Assembly: GCA_009619095.1 (NCBI GenBank) | Contig: WJOT01000080.1 | Coordinates: 1 to 59,271 of the forward strand | Direction of reading: 5' to 3' | Length of the DNA: 59,271 bases | DNA from: Clostridia bacterium | GTDB lineage: Bacteria; UBA6262; WVXT01 | Part shown: piece after piece, positions 8,380 to 16,599 of the stretch | Numbering within the stretch: the first letter of the stretch is position 1 | How the letters are laid out: every line of letters begins with the position of its first letter | Position numbers and translations under genes: made by a program | Notes under the pieces: model-generated | Told to the model about the DNA's origin: nothing | What the model saw: the letters and a program-made list of their open reading frames with translations, nothing else | The model's database searches: none

Positions 8380-9069
8380 ATGAGAAAATCTATTTCTCTC
8401 CTTATTCTGATTTTGCCTCTTTTGGGCTTATCTATTTTCACTCAGTACCAGGTTGAGAGGAGATTTGAATTTCCTCTGCCATTGATAGTAGAGATTAAAC
8501 CTTCTTCTTTTATCTATTTCTGGGGTAGTTTGCTCGGTCTTCGCCGAGTCTCTTCCGATTTAGCCTGGATAAGACTCCTGCAGTATTATGGGACTTCGGA
8601 AGGAGAAGAGGAACATGTTCACCACCTACACCATTGTGAGAGAGGGGAATATGAGGATTTACTTCCCATGTGTCAGGAGGTGGTTCGGCTTGACCCCTAT
8701 TTCCATTATGCATATCTATTTGGTGGTGGCTGTCTGGCCTTTAATCATGAGCGATACGATGAGGCAATCGAGCTTCTTCAACAAGGAATCAAAAATAATC
8801 CTAAATTCTGGAGGTTCCGCCTTTACATAGCAGCAATTGTTTATACTAAGACCAAAGAGTATGATAAAGTTGTTCCTCTTCTGGAGGAGGCGATTAAATA
8901 TAGAGACTGCCCGGAAGTGGTTAAGATTTTTCTCGCCAATATCTATAAGGTTAAAGGAGAATTTGAAAAAGCAATAGCTATCTGGGAACATATTCTTGCT
9001 ACCAGCAGGGATGAGCAGGTGAGATCAGCAGCGGAAAGCCATCTAAAAGAGATGGGAATTCTCCGTTAG
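8380..9069 (+). CDS. TPR-repeat protein with an N-terminal signal or anchor
   Basis: I chose the internal ATG at 8380 because the tracked ORF start at 8257 reads through the repeat array. N-terminus MRKSISLLILILPLLGLSIF. The C-terminal half has TPR-like helices. Confidence 0.7.
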   Translation: MRKSISLLILILPLLGLSIFTQYQVERRFEFPLPLIVEIKPSSFIYFWGSLLGLRRVSSDLAWIRLLQYYGTSEGEEEHVHHLHHCERGEYEDLLPMCQEVVRLDPYFHYAYLFGGGCLAFNHERYDEAIELLQQGIKNNPKFWRFRLYIAAIVYTKTKEYDKVVPLLEEAIKYRDCPEVVKIFLANIYKVKGEFEKAIAIWEHILATSRDEQVRSAAESHLKEMGILR

Positions 9070-9078
9070 AAATCTTGT

Positions 9079-9106
9079 CCCGTTTAGAGATAAATCTCTA
9101 ACGGGG
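9079..9106 (+). repeat. Hairpin after the TPR gene
   Basis: cccgtttagaga-taaa-tctctaacgggg, with one bulged T. No T-tract follows. Confidence 0.5.
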
Positions 9107-9188
9107 TAATGGGTGAAGGAGCTCCGAGGTTTTATTTTTCTATTTTATCATTTTCATTTTAGGTCTGGGATTTGGCAGTTTTGCTAAT

Positions 9189-9953
9189 GTGTGCATTTAT
9201 CGCCTACCCCGAGGAGAGTCGATAATCCGGCCAGGCTCGCACTGTCCTAAGTGTGGAAAGCAAATAAAGTGGTATGACAATATACCATTAATAAGTTATG
9301 CTCTTCTCGGAGGAAAATGCCGTTACTGTGGGGAAAAGATATCTCTCCAGTATCCTTTGATAGAACTAATAACGGCATTTCTTTTCCTTCTTACCTATCA
9401 GAAGTTTCGAGGAGCCCCTTTTACAATATTAATTTTCCTTCTTTTAGTATTGTCTCTAATTATCGTTTCTGCAATAGATTTTCAAACCTATACCATCCCC
9501 AATAAATTCACCTATCCATTGATTATTCTCGGCCTGTTTTCTTCACCTTTCAATTCCTTTCTTAAAGAGTATAGTGGAATAATAATAAGTAGCTCCAGAC
9601 AGCTGTCTCTCATTGTCTCTTCTTTTCTGGGACTCCTTGTAGGCGGCGGTGTACTCTATTTGATTGCCTTATTAGGGAGAAAAATGTTTAAAAGAGAGGC
9701 TATGGGAGGTGGAGATATAAAGTTAATTTTTGGAGTAGGTGCTTTCCTGGGAGTGGCCAATGTACTCTGGGTAATATTTTTAGCAAGTCTCCTGGGTGCA
9801 GTAACCGGGGGTGTGTTGATAATTGCTGGTAAGTATAAAAAATTTCAGGAAGTTGCTTTTGGAACCTATATTTCTTTGGGGACAGTATTGGTTTTTCTGT
9901 TCCAGCCAGGACTTAATCGTATTTATATTGACTTAATTTCTATCTGTAAATGA
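9189..9953 (+). CDS. pilD: Prepilin peptidase / N-methyltransferase PilD (A24 family). The true N-terminus probably lies upstream.
   Basis: Zinc-ribbon CPKC...CRYC. Catalytic Asp motifs AIDFQT and GGGDIKL. Conserved TM1 (FFYFIIFILGLGFGSFAN) is encoded upstream of the first canonical start. Confidence 0.88.
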   Translation: MCIYRLPRGESIIRPGSHCPKCGKQIKWYDNIPLISYALLGGKCRYCGEKISLQYPLIELITAFLFLLTYQKFRGAPFTILIFLLLVLSLIIVSAIDFQTYTIPNKFTYPLIILGLFSSPFNSFLKEYSGIIISSSRQLSLIVSSFLGLLVGGGVLYLIALLGRKMFKREAMGGGDIKLIFGVGAFLGVANVLWVIFLASLLGAVTGGVLIIAGKYKKFQEVAFGTYISLGTVLVFLFQPGLNRIYIDLISICK

Positions 9954-9975
9954 GAGAGCTCTGGAAATAGGAAAA

Positions 9976-10072
9976 GGAGTAGCAGACCTTGGTCTGCGTT
10001 TTGGAGTGTCAAACGAGTAGGGGTTCGATTTATCGAACCCATCTAGGCGGGCTCAATAAATTGAGCCCCTAC
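9976..10072. repeat. Hairpin-repeat cluster in the pilD-pilM spacer
   Basis: ggagtag followed by gcagaccttggtctgc. ttggagtgtcaaacgag follows. gggttcgatttatcgaaccc is at 10021-10040 and gggctcaataaattgagccc at 10049-10068. Confidence 0.8.
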
Positions 10073-10083
10073 AGAAAAGTTGT

Positions 10084-10113
10084 TGACAATTATTGTCTTT
10101 CTGGTGTATAATT
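10084..10113 (+). promoter_or_regulatory. Putative sigma70 promoter for pilMNOPQ
   Basis: TTGACA (10084-10089), an 18-nt spacer, then TATAAT (10108-10113). This lies 20 nt upstream of the pilM ATG region. Confidence 0.6.
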
Positions 10114-10132
10114 AAGAAAAATAGGGGAAAAG

Positions 10133-11242
10133 ATGGGACTATTTAGTAGTGGTAAAGAATTAGTAGGTATAGATGTTGGGACTCACTCCATTAAGCTCGT
10201 GGGATTGAAAGGAACCCCTGCCAGATGGAGTCTGGCTAAGTATGCCATTAGTGAAATTCCTGCGGGCTCTATCGAAGAGCTTTCTCCTGAAGAGAGAAAG
10301 GCAGTAATGACTTCTGCTCTAAAGAATATGCTCTCCACTACAAAAATAAGGACGAAAAAGGTTGCCACTTCGGTTTCTGGAAATGCGGTAATTGTTCGTT
10401 ATGTGAAATTTCCCCGAATGAGCCCTTCCGATTTGGAAAAGACCATCCAATTTGAAGCTGAACCTTACATTCCATTTGACATTCGTGAGGTCAATATAAG
10501 CACCCACATATTAGGCGACGTTATGGAAGAAGGACAACCAAAGATGGAGACAGTTCTGGTGGGAGCGAAAAAGGAACTTTTGCAAGAACGATCGGAGATT
10601 ATCGAGGGTGCGGGGTTAAAGCTTTTAATAATAGACGTAGATGCCTTTGCTTTAGAAAATGCTTATGAAATTACCAGAGATAAAGAACGTGCAGAGACGG
10701 TGATGTTGCTCAATCTGGGAGCGACAACATCCAACATTAATATTCTCGAAAATGGCATTTCAAAAATTGTGCGGGATATATTTATTGCGGGCAATAGCTT
10801 TACCAGGGCAATTCAGAAGAATTTGCAAGTCGAGTATCCAGAAGCAGAGAATCTAAAAAGGAAATATGGCTTGACTTTAACAGGCGCAGAAGAAGAATTG
10901 GAAAGTATAGCTGCCAAAGATGAAACAAAAGTCCAGGTTTCCACTATCCTGATGCCCCTTATCCGTGAACTTGTGGGAGAGGTTCGCAGGTCAATTGATT
11001 ATTACCAAGCGCAGACCGGGGGAGAAAAGAGCGTAGACAGGATTATGCTGAGTGGTGGTAGTTCGAAGTTAAATAACCTGGATAGATTTTTGAATGATGA
11101 ACTCGGGTTGCCGGTAGATATAAATAATCCTTTCCGGGGAATCGATACAACAAGAATCCCTGCTACAGATTGGCAGGAGCTGGCTCCTTTATTTGTTGTG
11201 GCTGTAGGGCTGGCTACCAGGCGCGAAGGGGACACCAGATAG
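10133..11242 (+). CDS. pilM: Type IV pilus assembly protein PilM (actin-like ATPase fold)
   Basis: 369 aa. N-terminal VGIDVGTHSIKLV phosphate-binding motif. Followed by pilN/O/P/Q. Confidence 0.9.
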   Translation: MGLFSSGKELVGIDVGTHSIKLVGLKGTPARWSLAKYAISEIPAGSIEELSPEERKAVMTSALKNMLSTTKIRTKKVATSVSGNAVIVRYVKFPRMSPSDLEKTIQFEAEPYIPFDIREVNISTHILGDVMEEGQPKMETVLVGAKKELLQERSEIIEGAGLKLLIIDVDAFALENAYEITRDKERAETVMLLNLGATTSNINILENGISKIVRDIFIAGNSFTRAIQKNLQVEYPEAENLKRKYGLTLTGAEEELESIAAKDETKVQVSTILMPLIRELVGEVRRSIDYYQAQTGGEKSVDRIMLSGGSSKLNNLDRFLNDELGLPVDINNPFRGIDTTRIPATDWQELAPLFVVAVGLATRREGDTR

Positions 11243-11247
11243 AAAGT

Positions 11248-11336
11248 GACAGAGCGATAGCTCTGTCTCAATGTAGGTAGTGTAGGGGTTTATCCCCGCC
11301 CCGATAAATCGGGGCGCCCATAAAGGGCTACACTAC
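11248..11336. repeat. Hairpin plus a 60-nt cloverleaf-like compound repeat
   Basis: gacagagc-gata-gctctgtc at 11248-11267. The 9-bp closing helix gtagtgtag/ctacactac (11277-11336) encloses three abutting hairpins. Confidence 0.85.
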
Positions 11337-11355
11337 ATTTAGAAGATATTAAAAG

Positions 11356-11904
11356 ATGATTAAGATTAACTTATTACCTAAAGAGGTAGAGAAGAAAGTT
11401 GCTCTGCGGGAGAAAAAGCTTCTACTTTCTATCATAGTTCTCCTGGTGGTAGGAGGATTTTTAGGATTATACTCCTTAAAGGTTGGACAATATACTCGCC
11501 TGAAGAAAAAAGCAAAAAGAGTGGAGAAGGAACTTAGCCTTTTAGAAACGATAGTTAAAAAAGTTGATGAAATAGAAAAGTCCAAAGAGGCTCTGGGTAA
11601 GAAATTAGATGTTATTCAGAGCTTGCTGGGAAATCGCGTGGTCTATCCCCAACTATTGGAGGATTTAGCAAGGATAGTTCCTTCCCGAGTATGGTTGGCC
11701 TCCTTACTGACCAAAAGCGAGTCTGATTTCTTAACTATTACCATTGAGGCTTCAGCTATAGATAATTATGCAATTGCCAATTTTATTACTAAATTAAGTG
11801 AGGATAAGAATTTTTCTAAAGTTGAACTGAGCAATATAACTACCAGAAAAGGGAAAGAAGAAGTAGCAATAAAAAATTTCGGCGTAACTTGCGAATACAG
11901 GTGA
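11356..11904 (+). CDS. pilN: Type IV pilus assembly protein PilN
   Basis: N-terminal MIKINLLP motif, then a single TM. 182 aa. Confidence 0.85.
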   Translation: MIKINLLPKEVEKKVALREKKLLLSIIVLLVVGGFLGLYSLKVGQYTRLKKKAKRVEKELSLLETIVKKVDEIEKSKEALGKKLDVIQSLLGNRVVYPQLLEDLARIVPSRVWLASLLTKSESDFLTITIEASAIDNYAIANFITKLSEDKNFSKVELSNITTRKGKEEVAIKNFGVTCEYR

Positions 11905-11933
11905 CCCCATTTTCTAATAAGTGAGACAATAAG

Positions 11934-12500
11934 ATGACAAAACAACAGAAGGTATTGTTGGGTGTTCTGGGAGTCTTAGTTTTTTTTATGTTCTATAAAT
12001 ATCTCTATGGTCCGCTGGGGCTTAAGTTGAAAAAGGTCAAGAATGAGTTGGCTACAAAGCAATCAAAACTTACACTCGCCAGAGCAAGAACAGGTCGTCT
12101 GGAACAGCTAAAAACTGATTATGAACTGCTCAGAGTTAAGGTGGCAGAAGCAGAGAAAAAGTTACCCAGAGAGAAGGAAATTCCTCGCCTGCTGCGAGAT
12201 ATAACCAGTGCTGGACGGAAGTTTAAGATTGATATTTCTGATTTCCGGCCGCGAGCAGAAAAACAGCAGGAATATTACATATCTCATCCTTTTCTAATAA
12301 CTCTGGAGACTAACTACCATAATTTAGCGCGCTTTCTGGCTGAAATAGGTCAATATGAGAGAATTTTTCATATTAAAAATTTAAGTGTAACACCAATACT
12401 GGAAGATGAAGAGAAACTGAAAGGCATTTCCACAGATTTTCAACTGTATACTTATACTTTTAAAGAAAAAGAAGAGGACGAAAAAGTAAAAAGTAAATGA
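11934..12500 (+). CDS. pilO: Type IV pilus assembly protein PilO
   Basis: 188 aa with a single N-terminal TM and a coiled-coil. Assigned by synteny between pilN and pilP. Confidence 0.8.
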   Translation: MTKQQKVLLGVLGVLVFFMFYKYLYGPLGLKLKKVKNELATKQSKLTLARARTGRLEQLKTDYELLRVKVAEAEKKLPREKEIPRLLRDITSAGRKFKIDISDFRPRAEKQQEYYISHPFLITLETNYHNLARFLAEIGQYERIFHIKNLSVTPILEDEEKLKGISTDFQLYTYTFKEKEEDEKVKSK

Positions 12501-12973
12501 ATAGTAAAATTGTTATAATTATTTTTATCCTGATTCTCCTGGGACTCAATGGTTGTCCTAAAAAAAAGGCCAGGCCAGTTTCCAGAAGACCCATAAAAGA
12601 GAAAGAGATTGTCCTGCCTAAAAAAATAGAAGAGAAAAAACGAGTCAGGTATACATATGGCGGTAAGAAGTATAAGGACCCATTTGCTCCTCCTGAGGAC
12701 ATGGGAGGAGGAATTGAAAGGGTTGGTAAAGGTGTAGAAATTGACCTGAGTAGATTGAAATTAACAGGAATTATGATTTCTCCTTCAGCCAAGGATAACT
12801 ATGCCCTGATTGATGCTGGTGGAGGAAGAGGATATGTAGTTAAAGGTGGAAAGCTAATAGATAATTACAATAGGGTTGTAGATGGTGTGGTGGCCATAGT
12901 GAGAAAAGATAAGGTAATTCTAATTACCCGTAATAATGTCATTCGAGAGCTTAGATTGAAAACTGAAAAATGA
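12497..12973 (+). CDS. pilP: Type IV pilus lipoprotein PilP-like
   Basis: Lipobox LLGLNGC. C-terminal beta-rich domain (LKLTGIMIS...YALID). Overlaps the pilO stop. Confidence 0.7.
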   Translation: MNSKIVIIIFILILLGLNGCPKKKARPVSRRPIKEKEIVLPKKIEEKKRVRYTYGGKKYKDPFAPPEDMGGGIERVGKGVEIDLSRLKLTGIMISPSAKDNYALIDAGGGRGYVVKGGKLIDNYNRVVDGVVAIVRKDKVILITRNNVIRELRLKTEK

Positions 12974-12996
12974 GAATTAAAAGAGGAGAATATCGA

Positions 12997-14823
12997 ATGA
13001 GAAAACTACTTTTTCCCAAGATAGTATTTATCTTAGTGTTAGGATTGGTCTGTTTTGTAAATGTTGGACCAGTTGCCCAAGAAGAAAATCCTGCTGTGCC
13101 TGAGTGGCAGGAATTGACCAATGTGAAAGTTCAGAAGATCAGCGAAACTAAATCGAACATTATCATTACTATTACGGGACCCATAAAATACCACTGTTTC
13201 AAGATTACTAATCCACCAAGGCTGGTAATAGAGATGACTAATACAGTTCACAACTGGAAACAGAAAGAGTTGGAAGTAGGCAATTTCTTACTTAAGAGAA
13301 TCCGTTCCGGTCAGTATCAGAATGAACCTATTAAAATAGCTCGCGTAGTTCTCGACTTAGAAAGACCAGTTGATTATGAGTCTACTGCCACTGAGAAACA
13401 GATTATCCTGACTATTTTTGGTAAAGGAACCATAGAAAAGGTAGAAAAAGAGGTGCCCAAAATAGTAAAAGTAGAAAGGGAGAAAAGGCCAAAGATAACA
13501 AAGAAAAAAATAATAAGGAAAAAAGGAATTGCACCAAACATTCAAGATGAAAAGCATAGAAGACTGGTAGAGAAGTTAAGAAAAGAGAAGAGGGAGAGAA
13601 AGTTGGCTAAACTGCCAATAGAGGAGAAGAAGAAAAGACTAGTAGCGATAGGAGAAGTAATGGGTCCAATCAGCCAGGAGCCAGTAAGTTTAGATTTTGT
13701 TGATGCTGACATATCACAAGTAATTCGCTTCTTTGCCTTGAAGACGAAGATGAATTTTGTCCTGGCTGAAGACGTTGAAGGGGAGGTCACCATTCACTTA
13801 CACAGCATACCTTTCGATGAAGCACTAAGAACTGTTCTGGATCAAAAAGGACTGATAGGAATTCAACATTCTGAAAATGTTATCAAGGTTGTAAACAAGA
13901 GCAAAATGCCCACTTATAGAAAGACATTTTCGCTGCAGAATAGAAATGCTTCAGAGGTCAAAGATACCATTGATACGTCATTAACAGAAGAAGAAAAGAA
14001 GTATACCACTGTTGGTATATCTGATGTTACTAACGCCTTAATTATAACTTCCACTGCGGAGGGTATAGAGAAGCTTTCCCAGCTCATTGAGGAATTGGAC
14101 ATCAAGATGCCTCAGATCAGAATTGTGGCAAGGATTATGGAAGTAGATATCAGTAAAGGTGTAGATCTGGGAATAGATTGGACCATGACTAAAACCTTTA
14201 CCGGCGGTGGTGCATTCGGTGATACAACGGTGACCGGAAATGTAGAAGATATGGCTTCTCCTTTTAGTTATGGAACGCCAGCAACCTTAAATATAGCTAC
14301 AATAATGAGCGGAGCAGATCTTGCTCTCACTTTAAAGGCTCTGGTAAAAAAGACCGATACAAGGACATTGTCTAAGCCCACCCTGGTGGTAGAGAACAAC
14401 CGTTCAGCACACATCCATGTGGGCGATTCGATACCTTATAAGGAAACTATAGTGACCGCGGCAGGAGTCACCGAGACCACGAAGCACCTGGAAATCGGAA
14501 CTACTCTTGATGTTACTCCTACAGTTAGCCCTACGGGTAATCAGATAAGTCTGGATGTTAACGTAGCAGTGAAAGACTTTGTGGGTTTTACTGTAGCGGG
14601 ACCACAAACCACAGACCGGGAGGCGACGACAAAAGTTACCATAACCGAAGGACAGACAGTGGTGATTGGTGGACTGATTAGTGAGACGGAAAAGGGAACG
14701 ATGTACCAGGTACCAATTTTAGGCGATATTCCCATTTTAGGTTACTTGTTTAAGAAGAAAGAGACACACAAGCGGACATTGGAACTTCTGATTTTCTTAA
14801 CCCCCCATGTCATGCGCCACTAA
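12997..14823 (+). CDS. pilQ: Type IV pilus secretin PilQ (AMIN domain, Lys-rich linker, secretin domain)
   Basis: ATG 12997 is preceded by AGAGGAG; the alternative start is 12970. Signal peptide MRKLLFPKIVFILVLGLVCF. Secretin C-terminal signature VPILGDIPILGYLFKKK. Confidence 0.88.
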   Translation: MRKLLFPKIVFILVLGLVCFVNVGPVAQEENPAVPEWQELTNVKVQKISETKSNIIITITGPIKYHCFKITNPPRLVIEMTNTVHNWKQKELEVGNFLLKRIRSGQYQNEPIKIARVVLDLERPVDYESTATEKQIILTIFGKGTIEKVEKEVPKIVKVEREKRPKITKKKIIRKKGIAPNIQDEKHRRLVEKLRKEKRERKLAKLPIEEKKKRLVAIGEVMGPISQEPVSLDFVDADISQVIRFFALKTKMNFVLAEDVEGEVTIHLHSIPFDEALRTVLDQKGLIGIQHSENVIKVVNKSKMPTYRKTFSLQNRNASEVKDTIDTSLTEEEKKYTTVGISDVTNALIITSTAEGIEKLSQLIEELDIKMPQIRIVARIMEVDISKGVDLGIDWTMTKTFTGGGAFGDTTVTGNVEDMASPFSYGTPATLNIATIMSGADLALTLKALVKKTDTRTLSKPTLVVENNRSAHIHVGDSIPYKETIVTAAGVTETTKHLEIGTTLDVTPTVSPTGNQISLDVNVAVKDFVGFTVAGPQTTDREATTKVTITEGQTVVIGGLISETEKGTMYQVPILGDIPILGYLFKKKETHKRTLELLIFLTPHVMRH

Positions 14824-14946
14824 AAAAGGGGATAGGCTACTTTTTTCAAGGAGAGGGAGGATAGAGAGTTACAAATATATACCAAAAAAGTTATCTATGT
14901 AATTTTATGCCTGATTCTTATATTTTCCCCTCTCGCTCGTGCAAGC

Positions 14947-16599
14947 ATGGATATTTGGGCGCTGACTCTTGTCTATCTCTTCTCTCTTTTTGCTCTCCTC
15001 CTTTATAGTATCCTCCTAATATGGTTTCCTCCAGCTACTTCAGAATCACAGACTTCCTTCCGCGTTCAGCTTAAGAGGCTTTCTTTTCCTCTGGTCCTCT
15101 TTTTGAGCATGGCTTACATCTCCTTTCTCTTTTCCACTAACAGATTCAATAGCAGAAACGAAATCTTCAATTTGCTCAATTACCTTTTTCTGTTTTATTT
15201 AGTAACTACTATAATAAAAAAGAAAGAGAGACAGAATTTAATTCGTTTAGTATTATTAGTAGGCATCTTTCTCTCGATAACCGGAATATACCAATTCATT
15301 AGAGGGAATGTAGCGGCCGGGACAATGGTTAATCCCAATATTTTGGCTGGATATTTAACAATGGTAATTCCATTTACGACAGGACTGATTCTCTCCTTGT
15401 CAAATTCGATTAACAGAGAATTCATCAAATCCCACTCTTTTTATTTAGTTGGTTGGTTATTAATGGTTGCTTGCTTATTCCTGACGAAATCCCCGGGAGG
15501 GATTATAGGAGTAATTTTGGGAATTTGTGTAATTCTCTATTTCAAGCATGGGAAGCAAATTTTTATTAAATTTCGATATATATTTATCGCTTTAGCTGTA
15601 GTTATCGTAGTTCTACTACTTTTTACACTCAGACAATTACAGGTTTATAATCGCCTCCTTTGCTGGTGGGGAGCATTGAGGATGATTTACCAACGTCCTC
15701 TAATAGGGGTTGGCCTTGGTGGGTTCGAAACCGCCTATGCCAGGTATAAGCTGACAGGCTTAAATCCATTATATGCTTATAACTATTTCTTGCAACTTAC
15801 AGCAGAGATGGGAGTTGTAGGATTGGGTGTTTTCCTCTGGTTCCTGTTTATGGTTGGGAAGCATATTAAATTTTTATCTAAGAGGTCGAAGCTTTCTTCT
15901 TTCGAAATCGGGGTATTGGGAAGTATTGTTGCCATATTGTTTAATAATCTTATCGATTATAATCTTTGTATTCCGGCGAATGCAATACTTTTCTGGGTTT
16001 TCTTGGGGCTATTAATTACTGGTCAGAATTCTTTGGAGTCCTCCCGAAAGGGAGGAAACTCGGCAGTCCCTAGACGCCGATTGGGGAAGACTAATAAACT
16101 ACTACTTACAGGAGTAATTACTTTTTCCATTCTTGGAGTGGGGGTAGGGATTACCAGACTATCTCTGGCAAATCGCCATTACCAGTTGGGTAAGCATCTT
16201 TTTGAGATTAGAAATTTAGAGAACTTAGTGAAAGTGGAAAAGGAGAATTTAGAGAAGGCAAAATTTGAATATGGGCGAGCTGTCGAATTGGACTCCTTGA
16301 ATTCCTGGTACCATCACGGACTTGCAGGGGTATATTTAGCCAGATACTGGAGAGAAGGATATTCGAGCTATTTGGATGAAGCAATAATTGAGTTGAGAGA
16401 AGCGGTTGAGCGGATGCCTTATTATGGACCATTTTACGCTAATCTCTCCTATGTGTACGAGATAAAGAAAAATTACAAGAAGGCTATTTTTTACATGGAA
16501 TCTGCCATAGCCTGCGACAGGCAAAATGACAATTACCGGCAAAGAATAAGCGAATTGGCGGGAAGAATGCAAACCAGGATAGATGTTGAGAATAATTAA
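14947..16599 (+). CDS. O-antigen ligase-like (Wzy_C) polytopic membrane protein fused to a C-terminal TPR domain
   Basis: About 10 or more TM segments. Wzy_C-like loop RPLIGVGLGGFETAY. A late TM is followed by TPR-like repeats (YHHGLAGVYL..., YANLSYVYEIKKNYKKAIFY). Confidence 0.75.
   Translation: MDIWALTLVYLFSLFALLLYSILLIWFPPATSESQTSFRVQLKRLSFPLVLFLSMAYISFLFSTNRFNSRNEIFNLLNYLFLFYLVTTIIKKKERQNLIRLVLLVGIFLSITGIYQFIRGNVAAGTMVNPNILAGYLTMVIPFTTGLILSLSNSINREFIKSHSFYLVGWLLMVACLFLTKSPGGIIGVILGICVILYFKHGKQIFIKFRYIFIALAVVIVVLLLFTLRQLQVYNRLLCWWGALRMIYQRPLIGVGLGGFETAYARYKLTGLNPLYAYNYFLQLTAEMGVVGLGVFLWFLFMVGKHIKFLSKRSKLSSFEIGVLGSIVAILFNNLIDYNLCIPANAILFWVFLGLLITGQNSLESSRKGGNSAVPRRRLGKTNKLLLTGVITFSILGVGVGITRLSLANRHYQLGKHLFEIRNLENLVKVEKENLEKAKFEYGRAVELDSLNSWYHHGLAGVYLARYWREGYSSYLDEAIIELREAVERMPYYGPFYANLSYVYEIKKNYKKAIFYMESAIACDRQNDNYRQRISELAGRMQTRIDVENN
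16033..16056 (+). repeat. Intragenic, in-frame copy of the family-F hairpin module
   Basis: ttggagtcctcccgaaagggagga is identical to intergenic 54154-54177. It is codon-aligned and encodes LESSRKGG in the linker between the Wzy_C domain and the TM/TPR domain. Confidence 0.85.

Noticed and set aside
10017-10072. tRNA-like signal: GGTTCGATT resembles a T-arm, and the region has neighbouring hairpins.
   Set aside because: The sequence is a simple 8-bp palindrome (gggttcga-ttta-tcgaaccc). It has no acceptor stem, D-arm or 7-nt anticodon loop, and no CCA-compatible end. It belongs to the hairpin repeat family.
11277-11336. Cloverleaf of three hairpins with a 9-bp closing stem, considered as a tRNA or tRNA-like gene.
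   Set aside because: It is only 60 nt, the loops are 2-5 nt, and there are no conserved tRNA nucleotides (no GG in a D-loop, no TTC in a T-loop). I report it as a repeat or structured element instead.
13440-13640. Extremely Lys/Glu-rich low-complexity stretch (KVEKEVPKIVKVEREKRPKITKKKIIRKKG...EKLRKEKRERKLAKLPIEEKKKR), considered as a separate gene or a repeat insertion.
   Set aside because: It is in frame within pilQ, between the AMIN domain and the N0/secretin domains, where flexible linkers are common. There is no nucleotide-level tandem repeat or hairpin module.
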